Of a stretch of DNA of 64,000 nucleotides, positions 23,693 through 39,149 are shown piece by piece (the stretch's first letter is position 1; the number at the start of each line of letters is the position of its first letter). This stretch comes from Blastocystis sp. Blastoise (taxonomy: Eukaryota; Protista; Bigyra: Opalinata). A model generated the notes under the pieces. It ran no database searches and was not told where the DNA came from. It was given only the letters and a program-made list of their open reading frames with translations. The stretch lies in contig JBBPEB010000015.1 in assembly GCA_039096225.1 (NCBI GenBank), forward strand, positions 2,232,001 to 2,296,000, given 5' to 3'. The position numbers were made by a program, and so were the translations under genes.

Positions 23693-25604
23693 TTATTCTT
23701 GTTTTTCATGGTTTTGTTTTTCATTGAACCATGTTGATAAATATAGAGATAGAGTAGCTATTAAATAGCCAATAAAAATAACCCAATGTACGTTTTCATA
23801 TCCATAATAATCAATAAATTTAGCTACAGGAACAGTAGATAAGAAAGTACCTAATTGAAAGAGAATAGCACAATAACCTATATAAATATGAATTATATAT
23901 GTTAATATATAAAAAAGATAATAATTATGATACAACGATATATATATGTAGAATAATGAATTTAAATTTTTAGATTTAAAAATAAAAGTATATGAATTAA
24001 ATAAATATATGAGTATACAAAAATATATATGTAACAAAAAATAAACAAATGTGAATAAATAAGAATACAAATATATAAATAGATAAATACCACTGATAAC
24101 TCCAGTAAGAGAATAAGGCATAGATTCGAGAGCAATAAGTTCAATATAAGATTCAGGTATATATATGAATAATCCAAGAAGGAAATTGATGATATAATAT
24201 AGAGATATAGGCATAGAAACAGAGAGTAAAGACAGAAGAAGTAGAGAGAAACTAGCAGCTCCCAAGCACATATATAGACGAATAGAGGAAGAGAAACGAT
24301 CTGATAGCATACCTATGTATATATATACATATAGAATATTAACATGAGTCATAATATATTATAAATATATAATAATATTGAAAAAGTCTCCTTTGGAAAT
24401 AGATAATATATATCTTGAATATATATATATATATAAAATATATACCCATTAGAAATGTTCCGAGAATGCCTCCGATTTCCCAGTAGGAAGTAATTGAGTG
24501 ACTATAAGTAGAATCATAACCAGAAATAGAAGAAATAGAGAGACGACCCCAATTTAGTAATGTTTTATGACCGACAAAATACTAGTAAAATAATACATAT
24601 AGAATAATGATAAATAGAATAATATATATATTAATAAATAGAATAATATAAGAAAAATAATAATATAATAATATACTAATACTACTAGAATTTATCTATA
24701 TAATAAATATATATATACAAATATACAAGCGATTCCAATAAATAAGAATTTCACTTGAAGAGAGAAAGGGAGATCTAGGAAAGAAGTATATACAGAAGTA
24801 GATATAGATGGTTTCTTAGAAGAATCTTCATCATCTTTCTTTGAGGACTAGTATATATAATGAATTATATATATATAATAATATTGTGTATGCATATAAA
24901 TAGTATTTATTTATATATAATTTATATATATATAATTATTTACATAAAAAAAGAGAATAATGAAAAAAATTAATGAATAAAATAATATATACAATAGTTG
25001 TAAGTGATTGAGAAGGATAAAGATAATAAAGAAGAGGTAAACTACTACAATAAAGTATACCAAGAGATAAGAATAGATTACTTTGATTAGTCAGTATATA
25101 AGTAGCAATAAAAGAATCAAGAAGAGCACCGAAAGGACCGGATGATGAAATAAATGACCAAAAAGTACCTTGAACAGAGGAAGGTAATATAAATCGAGTA
25201 ATAAGTGATCCAGAATTCCAAATAAAGGCATTTAGAAGACAAATAAGATTCCAAACAATAAAAATGATAGGATAGGTATTTTCTCCTTCATGAAAGATAA
25301 GAGAGCAGCAGATTGCTGATAGAGCAATAAGTATTGATACAATAATGAATACTCTTCGTAAATTAACTTTAACAAGTATGTTACTTCCAGCAAATTTACC
25401 AATTGCAGATATAATTGCCTGAGTTGACAATATATAAGCATATTGATTCACAGTTATAACATTATGAGATATAGCATAAGGAGAAACAATAGATAAAGAT
25501 TTTTTAATTGCAGATAGACAGGTGAAAGTGATTATAAATAAAGGAAAACAAGTTCTCCAATACCATGGGATTTGCATAAAACGATTTTTTATTGTTGAAA
25601 GCAT
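23693..25604 (-). CDS. MFS transporter, GlpT/SLC37 (organophosphate:Pi antiporter)-like, multi-exon
   Basis: KKSLSI, SAIGKFAGS, QGTFWSFISS, LLNWG, WEIGGILGT..GMLSDRF, GLFIYIPES patterns. Confidence 0.72.
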
Positions 25605-25913
25605 TGCTCAAATAAAAATAATAAAAAAATTAAATAAATAGCTCTCAAAAAAATTTCTAATTTATAAAACAGAAGAATCAAGCTAGAAGATTCATAAAAT
25701 TCGTTTTTTATTGAGTGTTGTATTCATAAGGATTAGTATGAATGTCTCAGTATTTTTAAAGTAAAAAATAACAAAATAAAGCAAATTGATGAATGGAGAA
25801 ATTCTTTTTTACTACTATAAACCCATTAAAATATATAATATATAATTATAGAATATAAAAACTATTTTAGATATCAACACACAAATAAATGATTATTGAG
25901 AAAGAAACTATTT

Positions 25914-26567
25914 TTACTTGAATGTAGCCACCATATCATCAATTTTAAGAATCATTCGAACATATTCTGTAGCTTGTTGAATAGCTGTTGTGGACACAAG
26001 TAAAGGTTGTAATACTTTGAGTTCTTTCATATCCGATATAGTGCCTTTCTTTACATTTATACCGGCATAAGTATTACCTAAAGCATGCTCTTTACGAAGC
26101 TCTATATATTTAATTATTTATAGTTATATATATAATATATATAATTATTGATAGTTATATATATAATATATACCTGTAACAATCTTAATAGGATTCAATC
26201 CTGCATTTTCAGCTAATGTATAAGGAATAATTTCAAGAGCTTCGGCAAAAGCACGAGCCTATATAGAATATATTGTATATAATAAGTATAATAATAATAA
26301 TTTGGTTAATAATAATAATAATATATATATATATACAATATATCCATCTGCACCCTTGAGTGTCTTACACCATTTCATAAATTCAGTATATACTTCTGTT
26401 TCAGGAGCACCACCTCCTACCAACATATATCGCTTCTTTACAATACAACGAATGACGCAGAGGGCATCATGTAACGATCTCTCAGCCTCATCTAATACCT
26501 ATTTATATATTATTATATAGATAATAATAATTAATAATAATGAAAATAAATAAATAAATAAATAAAA

Positions 26568-26607
<40 letters not shown>

Positions 26608-27286
26608 AGTTTATTGGATCCACGAAGAAGAATAGAGGTTGTATTTCCTTGATTCTTAATTCCCGTGATTTTAATAACCTTATTTTTATCACCTTCTAAG
26701 GAAGATTCCATAACAAGATCAGCATATCCAAGTTTATCCTCAGTAAATGAGTCAATATGAGCGACTGGACGACAATTCAAAGTCTATTATGTATATAATA
26801 ATAATAATAAACATAATAATAAGCATTATAATAACATAATAAACATAATAATAATAATAACTACATACTCTAGCAATGAATTCAATTTGGTCTCTTTCGA
26901 TATTAGCTACTACAAGTATTTTGAGTTTCGCTAAGAAATGAAGAGAGAGTTCATTAACGGCATCACGTAAAATACTCTTTTGAACTAATAATACATTACA
27001 TCCAGTTTTCTTAATCTTCTTACAAATCTATATATATAATATATATAATAAATATATAAATATAATAAATAAATATAATAAATAAATATAATAAATATAA
27101 TAAATAAATATAATAAATAAATATAATAAATAAAATATAATAAATATAATATATATACATCAAGAATATAGCTTCTTTCTTCTCTTAAGAGTCTATCCAT
27201 TTGTGTATAATCATTGACAATAACTTTATTATCAATATCAGTCTTAGGGGCAGATAAATGGAATTGAACTATACCTATCTATATAT

Positions 27287-27317
<31 letters not shown>

Positions 27318-27680
27318 TGATTATTACATGTAACATATCTACAAGAATATATATATATATATCTTATATCTATAATATCTATTCGTATATATATTCCTAC
27401 CTTTGCTTTCTTGACTTCAGTGATTCCCATGGGACCAGTAGCAGAGGGATATCCAAGAATAAGACCATTGACGAGCTCACTGTCATCGACAGTACCTCCA
27501 ATCTGCTTCACAATATGAATATCTCTCAAATCCACGGTGTGATTGTCAACATCACTTACAGAAAGAACACTATCTACAGCTATAGGAGCTAATAATGTAC
27601 TGTTGGAACATACAACCTATATATATATAGTTATTAGGAGATTAAAAGATGATAAATAATAAAAAAAAAAAAAAAAAAAA

Positions 27681-27747
<67 letters not shown>

Positions 27748-28442
27748 TAAACATCAACACAATAATAAATATACCTTTGAAGATAAAGAGGTAACAGCAG
27801 TATCGATAAGGCTTTCTTTATCTTGAATATCAATAGGAATAGCCATGCGTTGTAAGACTTCACACGCTTTATCAGCACATTTGTCAAAAGCATCAGCAAT
27901 AATAGAAGGATGAATACTCATATCTAATAAAGACATTGTAGCACCTAATAAAGAACCAGCAAGAACTACAACGGAAGTAGTACCATCACCAGCTTCAACA
28001 TCTTGAGCTTTCGATAAATCAACTAACATACGAGCAGCAGGATGCAAAACCTATAAAAAATAATTCATAATCATTACATATTAACAATATTCTATAATAG
28101 AATCATATATATAATAAAAGAAACAATATCATGATCTCCTATGAATAATTTCTTCAAAGAAAAACAGATGATTTCAATTATACATTTGAAAACAATAAAT
28201 AAAAATTAAAAAAATAAACATACTTGCATTTGACTAAGAATAGTGGCACCATCGTTAGTAATTAAAACTTCACCTTTTTCTTGTTCAATCATTTTATCCA
28301 TACCTCTAGGTCCTAAACTAGTTCTTACAGCATCAGCAACAGCTTTAGCAGCTAAGATGTTGGATGTACGAACATCTTGTTGCTTTTCGTCTTTATTTAT
28401 CATTTCATTTTTCTTTCCTTGAGGTTTAGCAACTTCGGTCAT
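25914..28442 (-). CDS. CCT4: T-complex protein 1 subunit delta (chaperonin CCT4), 9 exons
   Basis: [73 protein letters not shown]; all junctions checked are GT-AG. Confidence 0.97.
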
Positions 28443-28998
28443 TTTTTTTGAATTGATACACAACGAAATTGATTGTTTAATTAAATGAATAATTATTTTC
28501 TTTATAAAAAGAACATTTCAAAGAGAATAGCGACTCACTTTTACCTTAAATATCCGTAAGAATATATATTTTTTTGGGCATTTTTACATATTTTTCATTT
28601 TTTCTTAAAATAATAAAATGATTAATATCGGGAATTCAAATTATATATGAACTTATATATATTGGATGCAGTATTAGAAGAAAGTTGCTAATATGAGTAT
28701 GATTTTCTTAGTTTTCGAAAACCACATTTATTCTGATCATTTTGATTATTATTAACTGTAAATGACATATTGTTGATTTGATGTATTATATGTAGTGATT
28801 CAAATATTTTCATGGATGTAGAATTGAAAAATGAAATTGAGATTATGAAAACATGTGCATAAATGACGGATAATCAACATGAAACCAAATTAAGGTGCGA
28901 TTGAAATGAAAATAAATAAAGAATTGACATTTAAATATGATAAATATAGATGAAAACAATAGTTCAATAAAAATAAAAATAGATGATAATAAAAAAAA

Positions 28999-30842
28999 TT
29001 ATCCTTTAATAACAGCAATAGGTCTTAGCTTGACCACTTTCTTAGAGATACCAGCTTCATGACCTATAGAATAATATAATAAATAAAGAATTATTTATGA
29101 ATTTATCAACATATATATTGATATAGATAATATATAATAACAAAAAGAAAACAATATTATAAAATATAGAATAATTGAGTATATACATGTATTGACAACA
29201 TCTGTTACATCTTTATAAGATTCAGGCGCTTCTTCCATAACTAATTTAGGGGAAGCTACACGTATAGATATATTCTTATCTTTCAAATTTTGTAATACTT
29301 CTTCATAAGTTAAAGAACGTCTATAATATATATATATGATGATTCATAAATAATAAGGTATATTGAATTGATTTATAAATAGTCTTATATATATATATAT
29401 ACCTTGATTGAGCTCTAGATAATGCTCTTCCTGCACCATGACAAGTAGAACCAAAGGTTTCTGTCATACCTTTCTCTGTACCTACCTATATATATATATA
29501 TATAAAGAAATATGATATGTATATAATATGAAAATGAAAGATTATTATAAGTTATATCTATATATCATATACAAGTACATAGGAACAAGTACCCATAGAT
29601 CCACCAATAAGAACAGGCTGGCCTATCATCTATATATAATGATATATATATAGTTTATATATAATCAATATATACAAAATAAATAAATAAATAAATAAAT
29701 AAATATATATATGTATATACTTGATAATCTACAGGAATAAGAGGATGATTTGGTCCAAATGCACGTGTTGATCCCTTTCGATGAACCAATAATTTCTTGA
29801 GTTTTCCATCGACCATGTGTTCTTCTTCCTTTATATATAATAACATAATAATATGATATGTACATATAAGCAAATAAATAATAATAAACATATTACTAGA
29901 ATAAAAGAAATATACTAGTATTATAAAACATGGTTGATAACAATAGATAATAATTCTATATATATATATACTTTGGCTACATTATGACTGACATCATAAA
30001 TAACTTGCATATCAAGATCATCCGCAGAACAATTAAATACTTTACTAAAGGCTTGTCTACATAGATACGTAATAGTACTACGATTAACCCAGGCAAAGTT
30101 AGCCGCGGCTGACATCGCCTTAATATAATCCTGACCCTCAACACTATTAATAGGAGCACATGCTAATTGACTATATAGTATTATATATATAATAATAATA
30201 AAAATATATGGGTATATATATATAAATTAATAAGTATGTATAAAGAATAGAATAATAAGATATATATTTAAAGAATAGAATAATAAGTATATATATATAT
30301 ATATACCGGTCATTCACTTTGATTCCTTCTCTGCTCATTACTTGTTCCATTGTCATTAGAGAATCTGTTGCTACCTGGTGACCTAAGCCACGACTACCGC
30401 AATGTATCATTATACATACCTAGAAGGAGAAGGAAATAGATATATAGATATATAAAGATATATAGATAGATATAGATATATATAGATATAGATAGTATAT
30501 ATAGATAGATATAGAAACAATAGAGAAAAATGTTAAATAATATAATAATATAAATGAGTATGGATGTTCAAAACCATAATATATTCATTGAATATACAGT
30601 AACAATAAGTATATTAATATATATATAAGTTAGAATATGTATATAATAACTATAGCATTATATATATATATATATACTTGTCCAATTCCATCAATTCCCA
30701 TTTTCTTGGCTGCTTGTTCGTCGTAGATCTCATCCACTACTTGTATTTCTGTATAATGATTTCCTGATCCTAATGTACCCAATTGAGGGACACCTCGCTG
30801 CATAGCACGATGAGATACCTATAGAGAATAATATATAGAATC

Positions 30843-30917
<75 letters not shown>

Positions 30918-31872
30918 TATATAATAAACATAATAAACATAATAATAACTATATGTATACCTTCAAGGGGTCTGCCTGTAGCATTCGTCCATATTCCTCA
31001 CAATGTTCTTTATCTTCTGCCCAACTATATCCCTCACGAATAGACCAATCAATACCCATTCCCTTTATATATATATATATTATTATTATTAAAAACATAA
31101 ACAAATAATAAACAAATAATAAACAAATAATAAACAAATAATAAACATATGATAAACATATAATAAACCTACCATGACTTCCATAAGAGATTCCTTAGTT
31201 ACAGGCATCATTCCTTTAGATCCTACTCCCACGGGAATATGATCAAATAATTGTTGAGCTAATTCTTCTTTATAAGGAGCAACATCTTTTTCAAATAAAT
31301 TTGTACGAATTAAACGTACTCCACAATTAATATCAAAACCAACACCACCTTTATATTATATATAAAATAAAATAATAATTATATAGTGAAATATAAGAAA
31401 AGAAACAATGAAATAAGTAGTCAAACAAATATTTATATATTGTAGCATTCATACCTGGAGAAACAATAGCTTTAGGATCTTCCATATCAAAAGCTGCTGT
31501 ATTTCCAATAGAGAAACCATAACCACTATGGATATCTGGTAAACCAATCGAATATTTAATACATCCTGGAAGTGCAGCTACATTAGCAACTTGTTTAATA
31601 GCAGGAAGAAAACCTCCATAACCAGATTTTCTCTCACTATAAAGAGACAATTCTTCCATTACTAGTGGATACAACTTTTCATTAACATAAAAAACGCCAG
31701 GAACGTTCATATTAGGAACAAAACCGGGATCAATCTTGTAACGACACACACCATCCTTGTGAATAAACTTGCATTCCTACGTAAAATCAATAGTATAAAT
31801 ACAAACCATATATAAATGTACTTCTTCGTAAGTTCTGACAACTGAATTATCAGCAGTTAAATAATCGGCCAT
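28999..31872 (-). CDS. RTCB: RNA-splicing ligase RtcB (eukaryotic HSPC117 type), multi-exon
   Basis: [85 protein letters not shown]. Confidence 0.97.
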
Positions 31873-32424
31873 TTTCTAAATTTTATTAATAATTATTAGA
31901 TAGATTCTGATAAAATATACGAATTTGTCTGAGAAACTGGAAAATAATACGTTTCGCACTTGTGTACACAAGATAAAAAAATAACCAGTTTTTATTTCAC
32001 ATTTTTATAAAGAGAATTCTAGTAATGTAATGTTTTTTTTCAGTTTATTATTGATTACCATAATCTTCATCTTTTTAAATATGAATCTATAAAATAATAG
32101 ATTTATGGAAAGTTATCCTATAGTTTTTTGAATATATCAAAATAAAAATGATGTACTAGTACAGAATAAGTAAGAATAAAACTAAAAAATAAAGAAAGAA
32201 ACAAAACAAGGATAATAAGTATGAAACAAGGAATAATAGATGACAATTTATGTAGTTCATATTACAAACACAGGAATAATATATATATATATACATAAGA
32301 CTATACAAGAAAAATAACAAGCTATTCTAGAAGAAAAACTATTCTGCAAAAATATCATATAATATATATTCACATATATTATTAATAAATAGAAAAAGTA
32401 GAAAAGTGAATAATTTTAATGTGA

Positions 32425-33603
32425 TTATTGTTGAGTAGTTTGCTCTTCTTTGGCATTTGCTAATGCTTCAAGGAAAACGCTAGGATTCTCAGCTCCTTGA
32501 ATAACGGTCTTACCATTAATAATGAAATAAGGAACAGTTCTATATATAATAATAATAATAATAATAAAATTCAAATTAGATATATATACGTTATTTTTAA
32601 GGTTTCTTTAGCATATTTATCTTCATCAATAACTTCCTATAATTATATATTATATAAGAATATTTTAAAATAATAAGAATAGAATATAATAAATAAATAA
32701 ATGATTAAATAAAAAAAATATAATAAAAAATATATATATAAATAATAAAAAAAAATATATATAAAAAACATACTTGTTTAAGTTTTTCGGATTCAATAAA
32801 TTTAGTAATATCTGCAACACCACATTCTTCAGCGATTTCCTTTAAATCAGAAAGAAGAGATAAATTCTTTCCTTCTTCAAATTCTTTATATAATAAACAA
32901 TCTACAAGAGTAGGTAATGCTTCAGCTTTCTTTCTTTGAACATATTTTACTAAACGTTGAGCATTAAATGTGTTATTCCAAGTTCTATATACATATATAA
33001 ATAAATAAAAATAATACATAAATATATACATATATAAATAAAAATAAATAAATAAATAAATAAAAATAAATAAATATATAAATATATAAATAAAAATAAA
33101 TAAATAAAAAAAAAATAATAAATTAAAATATACTTCCATTTTCTATAGTAAAGTGCATCTTTTAAGGCATCTTTCTTTAAATCTTCAATCCAATGATGAC
33201 CATCAGGATGATCAGCATAATATCTAAAATAATTATAAAATTAATATATATATATATTAAAAATAATAAAAAAATACGTGTGTAAATCAACTCCAAATTG
33301 AGGAATATTAGGATCAATAAAATACTATAGAAAAAACAGATTCATAGAATAGTATAACATATCATATTTCTTGCTTATAAATAAAATAAACAAAGTAATT
33401 TAAAGAAAAATGAATTCTAAAATAGATACAGCATGATAAATTATCTTTACAGGAACCTTCAACTTTTCAACAGCCTAGAGAGAATAAAATCAAGTAAAAC
33501 AAGAGAAAAAACATACATTAAGTAATCTGCTTCTTCCTAAGAAACAGTAAGGGCAAGATAAATCGGTATATAAATCAATGACAATAGGAGACTCTGCAGA
33601 CAT
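32425..33603 (-). CDS. DsbA-family (FrnE-like) thiol oxidoreductase, multi-exon
   Basis: IDLYTDLSCPYCFLG (CxxC), NTFNAQRL, TVPYFIING...IQGAENP (cis-Pro loop). Confidence 0.88.
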
Positions 33604-34445
33604 AGCGCTACTAATCAATTAGTTAAAAATATAATTAATGAATATTAATGAATAATAAAAATCCAAAAATAATGAATCCATTTTTTAGAAACAATATTCG
33701 GTGTGGAAAAGAATCACGAAGAAATTGAATAATACCGTAAGAAAATACGAAATTCCATGGGACACCGTATAGAATCATCATAATTCCATTGTATCCACTT
33801 GATTTTCTATTCATAGGGTTTCACAGTGTTTTTTTTCATTTGGTTTCCAAAATACCCATAGGCTTGATTTAAACACAATTTGATGTTTATTTAATCCTCT
33901 TTATTCACCACGAAAGTAATGATACTTATGGACAGCTTGACTTTATATTATTTCTCTTTTATATTATTTTATTGGCAACTTATTTATGTAAAACCAATAA
34001 ATAACAATACACTGTACTCAGTCTAGTTTACTTCAAAAGGGTTTATTCACTTTTTTTTTCATAACTGAATTTATGTCATATGCAACAAATGAAACATCCA
34101 TCGAATTCTTCATGATAATAATTGAGAATTATTGAAATGGTTCAAGAATCAAGTTAAGTTTCCATAATTTCCTTATTGTCTAGAATAGGTTGTAGTAGTA
34201 AGTTATATACGTAATGTGTATTTCCTGCAGAAACGAATACTTACAAAATTTGAAAGCGATGATCAATACTATTCTTTTCTAGCAAGCTTATATTGTTTGT
34301 TATACAAACTACGTATTCATAAAAATTCATAAATATCAATTTATATGAATATAATGTGAATTCTAAGGTATTCAACCTAAATAAAGAATTAAAAAAAAAA
34401 TGAAACATGACAATGAATATTGAAAAATGAGATTTTGCTTAGTGA

Positions 34446-34527
34446 ACCTGGGTGGCCGAGCGGTCTAAGGCGCTACGTTCAGGTCGTAGTGTGGCAACAC
34501 GCGCGGGTTCAAATCCCGCCTCAGGTA
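34446..34527 (+). tRNA. tRNA-Leu (anticodon CAG)
   Basis: Acceptor ACCTGGG/CTCAGGT, D loop GGCCGAGCGGTCTAAGGC, anticodon stem CTACG-TTCAGGT-CGTAG, long variable arm GTG-GCAA-CAC, T arm GCGGG-TTCAAAT-CCCGC, discriminator A; T5 Pol III terminator a few nt downstream. Confidence 0.96.
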
Positions 34528-34605
34528 AATAATTTTTGCTTAATCAAACTAATAATCATTTATTCATTTCAATTTATTTAACGATATTTTTTTATTTTTT
34601 TAATA

Positions 34606-35004
34606 ATGGTGGATCGTCCTAAATTCATATCTGGTCAGCCGACAATTACACATCCTTTATCAGGAGATAACTTCAAGATGTTGATGAATCGACTAGCCAT
34701 ATGGAATATAGAAGAACAATATATGTTTTTTGGCATATTACTTCTTATAGTTAGTTTTATCATCTTTGTTTCCTTTTTTACAATTGCCTTATCAACATTT
34801 GGACCAAAATCATCTATCCCTGTAATCACATATTTCCAGGATCATGATTATTATATGTATATATATATATATAAATCTATTAGTTATGTCAATTCAAAAT
34901 AAAAATTAATTTTTCATAGTTATGCTATTCCTTTATCCTTTTTCATATTGTATCTTTTTAATTATGGACGATGGTTTGGTTATAAATTTATGAAACATAA
35001 TTAA
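34606..35004 (+). CDS. GPI-GlcNAc transferase subunit PIG-Y/Eri1-like, 2 exons (34606-34856, 34920-35004)
   Basis: Small two-TM protein with DHDYYIYAIPL...YGRWFGYKFMKHN*, resembling the PIG-Y family C-terminus (DxYY...W.G.KFF.HN). Confidence 0.72.
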
Positions 35005-35029
35005 TGATATGAAATTCCTTTATTAAAGT

Positions 35030-35190
35030 TATATATATTTGTTTTATATATAATGAATTGTTATATATATAATAAATTTGTTATATATATAATAAATTTG
35101 TTATATATATAATGAATTGTTTTATATATAATAAATTTGCTTTATATATAATGAATTGTTTTATATATAATAAATTTGTTTTATATATAT
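35030..35190. repeat. ~20-nt minisatellite (TTATATATATAATAAATTTG variants) 3' of the PIG-Y-like gene
   Basis: About 7 tandem degenerate copies. Confidence 0.75.
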
Positions 35191-35714
35191 TATATAAAAT
35201 TTCATTGCTTCTTCTCTGCATATTGTTGCTTTTAGTGTTGTTATGTATGTAATTATTTGATTTTATTTTTATAGAAATAGTTTTGTAATGATTTATATAC
35301 ATATATATTTAAATATTAAATATCATTATATTTGAAATTATAGATGAATCATAATAATCAAAGTGACTATTGAATATATATAAATAGCAACTTTAACATA
35401 ACTATGAATGACAAAAAGAATTGACATATAGAATTACTAAAAAGAAGAAAAGGATAAAAACTGAAAAAAGTTGAAAAAAGTAAAAAAAAAATATATATAT
35501 ACATAAAAATGAGATGAAATAGTTACACACTATATAGAGACAATTTAAAAGATACGAAAAGTTTTTTATAAATAAGAATAGATACCAGAAAAAGATAGTA
35601 ATTTATTATAAATATATATATATATATATATATATAATTTCATAAAATAAAATCCTTAATATAATAATATAGAATAAATATGTATAATAGATTATGTTAT
35701 ATATTTATAAAGGA

Positions 35715-36249
35715 TTAATCTTCTATATCTATTCCTCCATCTGTGTTTTCTTCCATAGTTAAATATTCTTTATCTCCTTCTGTTGATTCTTCTTCTTCTT
35801 TTTCTTTTTCATGATAATTATAAGGAGTTTGAGAACGAGATTGAGGAGTCCATTTATTCTTTGGAGTAGGAAGTATGATTTTAACAGGCTTTGTCGTTAA
35901 TCCTTCATATAAATTATTTTCTAAAATATCTTTTTGATTCTTTTGATTTGTTATACAGATATCTCTTAATACCTTTATAGAGAATAATAAGTATATATAT
36001 ATGATAATATTATTAAAATATAGAGATTACTTATATGTAGGAATGAAATAAATTTAGATATATTAACAATAACCAAAAGAATATAATATATATATATATA
36101 TACATCTTTCATATCTTCAATTAAGGATGCGTTTTCTGTGGGTACAAATCGATCATTCGGAATAAACCAATGATTAGAGTTATTTGTATATAATGAATCC
36201 AATTGGCGGGCAGGTAAGAGAGGGAAATTATATACTAAAAATATAAAAA

Positions 36250-36308
<59 letters not shown>

Positions 36309-37618
36309 AAGACATATATTCATTAATAACGTCATCAAAAAGTTGTTTTTCCTGTTTATCTATCTATATAATAATAAAGAATAGATAGATGATACTAAAG
36401 AATATACATAATATATAATAATAAAGAGCATATGATATATATAATAATAATCAAGAATATATTATAGATATATACATCAATAGGTTCTTCTTCTTCCGTT
36501 TGTTTCTGAAGAATTTCCCGCGTTGATAATAGTGTTGGCGGGATATATAAGTCAGGATAAGCATAAGCAGCCAAATGTAGATTGCAATTAGCTATAGGAA
36601 GAGGAATATATATATATAAATAGTGTTTATTAATATATTATATAATATAATTTTTAAATTTTATTTTATAATATATATATATAGTTATTATTAATATATA
36701 TATATATATATATACGACTGACCCCTTTAGGGAGATAGAATGCTGATGATAGAGGAATAGAAGGAGTTGAATTTATAAAGTGAGGATCATCTATATAATA
36801 GTATATAATAATAAATATAAACATAAATATAAACATAAACATAAATATAAACATAATAAATATAAACATAATAAATATAAATAAAATATACTATCATTAG
36901 TAGTATCTTTTCCTAAATAAAGAATCATATCAAAATCGGAGTCTTCTTCATTTATATTTGTATATATAGTATATTGATTTTCTAGTTCTAGTAGATATTG
37001 TGGTGAATAAGCAAGTGTTCTCCATAAAACATGACATTCATGAGGACTTATATGTATAGAGGATAATTTATGGATTTGAGAAGATACTATGGACCAATCA
37101 ATGTGATCTATTTATAGAGTAGAGATAATTATATATACATAATATATATATATACATATATAAAACAACGAATAAATAAATATATATATATAAGAAATAA
37201 TGATATTCAAGAAAGAATAATAAATACAATAATCCTAATATATAAAAAACAAAATATAAATATATAACAAACATAATAACATAAGTATATTCAGACATAC
37301 GTGTTTTTTGTGAATGTACATAATCGAGTATAATAGTAGCTAATTGGTTGATGATAGGGAGAGAATAATGACTCAAAAGACGACGAGGTATACTATAGGC
37401 ATATATATATATATATAGACGATCAATGATATATTAAATACTTATAATGATAAAATAAAAAATAATAAATAATATAATAAAATAAATAAAATAATAAAAT
37501 AATAATATAAAAAGAATAATAATATAAAAATAACACATATAAATACACAGTAGGTGGTTTGGCTTTATTATTAAATATTGAAGACTTTTCTTGTAAGTTT
37601 TGAACACTATAAATATTA

Positions 37619-37653
<35 letters not shown>

Positions 37654-38284
37654 TATATATATATATATACGTAGCTTTAAGATTTCCAATAGATCTAGAT
37701 TCTGGATGTTGTTTTTTTAACTATATAAATAGAACTATAAATTATTGTATATATTTACTTCATCTTCATATTTCTTTATATAATTCTTTTGAATTTCTGG
37801 ATTTTCATCCCACATCTTTTTAAATCTATTATATAGAAAGTTATTACATTCACGAAGATAAATGAAAATAATAAAACTTATTCGTTATAAATAAATAAAA
37901 AATACTAAATATACTTTTTATATAAATCTCGAACATTAGTACTAGGTTGTTCTTGTTTTGCTTTTAACGCTTGATCATTTCTAAACATGATGTAAGGCTT
38001 CTTGATAGGATTCTGAGCTAATGATCCAATGCTTGATTTCTATTATAGGATATATAGTAAAAAAAAAGTAATGAATGGTTCAAAAAGTACTCTAGCTTTT
38101 TTCCGTCTTGAAGTTGAATCATCAAACGCATCTCTACGGCCTTCATCATCAATATACGCATTTTCACGACGAATAGAGTTTTTTGATCGACTAAAATGTT
38201 TAGAAAGACGGATAAAATAATCGTAAAGACTTACGACTTATTTTTTGTTTTAGATTCGGCAACTCTCTTTCTTGAATTTTCCAT
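35715..38284 (-). CDS. HMG-box protein, multi-exon
   Basis: NPIKKPYIMFRNDQALKAKQEQPSTNVRDLYKKFKKMWDENPEIQKNYKEKYEDE resembles an HMG box; remainder unassigned. Confidence 0.7.
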
Positions 38285-39149
38285 ATTAAAACATCTATAG
38301 AAAAGAAAAGAAAATTTAAAAAATCAAAAGTGTTTCTTTTTTTGAAAAATGATAGATTCAAGGAAACTTCTACTGAATACGTATGTTTTCAAATATTTTC
38401 ACGGAAATGAAAAATTATCATTTTTCTTGAAAGAGTCTTGTTAGAAGCTTTATTGATAGAAACAAATTTATAGTATGTGAGAGAATCAAGATGTTAATGT
38501 ATTGTATTGATATGAGAGTATAAATAAACATCTCATTTCATTATTCTGAACAATAGTATGGTCTTCTGTAGGTAATATTAGAATATAATTTATTTTAAAT
38601 GCTTGTATAATGGACGCTACTAGTATAATCTATGAATTCTGGATCTATAATATATTTTTCTTGGAAATTTATGTTAGAAACCAATATAGTTCTGTTATTC
38701 ATGGAACTTGTATTTAGTGCGCACAAAAATATAATTAAAAAAAAACAGAAAATGAGTACCAATGATTTTATTACTCAAATTACTGAAAATGTTGTGAATA
38801 ATACAGAGTTTTATAAGTTTATATAAAAATATCTATGAAATATTTATATATCTATATTAGAAGCGATTTAGTTATGAAAAAGTCAATGAAAAAAGTATGA
38901 TAAAAAACTATTATCGAATTAGACTTGAACATAGTCTATATGTTGTGATCAATGATAAAGTATAGATTAGTTCAATTCTAGGGGATATTAAAGAAACAAT
39001 ATACTTGCAAAAAGCTTATAATAGATAGTTTTAAAACAGTAGAAAGTTGTTACTTTATAATGATACAATAAATATATATATAAATGAAAAAAAAGGTAGT
39101 ATACTGTTTTAAAAAATTAATTCTTTACGTTACTTTATAGACCGATTAT

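Noticed and set aside
29829-31352. AAG 3' splice sites in RtcB (also SURF6, CCDC6, GTDC1)
   Set aside because: Still GT-AG; AAG acceptors are a known minor class.
28999-31872. RtcB as the ligase for the non-canonical introns, or as a bacterial RNA-repair module
   Set aside because: Ordinary intron-containing eukaryotic tRNA ligase; proximity in a eukaryotic genome implies no functional link.
33545-33560. Selenoprotein form of DsbA/FrnE
   Set aside because: The active site is TGC CCT TAC TGT (CPYC), with no in-frame TGA.
34446-34527. CUG codon reassignment via tRNA(CAG)
   Set aside because: U33, G37, A73 and a Leu-type variable arm all indicate a normal tRNA-Leu.
35030-35190. CRISPR-like array
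   Set aside because: Head-to-tail AT minisatellite with no unique spacers, in a eukaryotic context.
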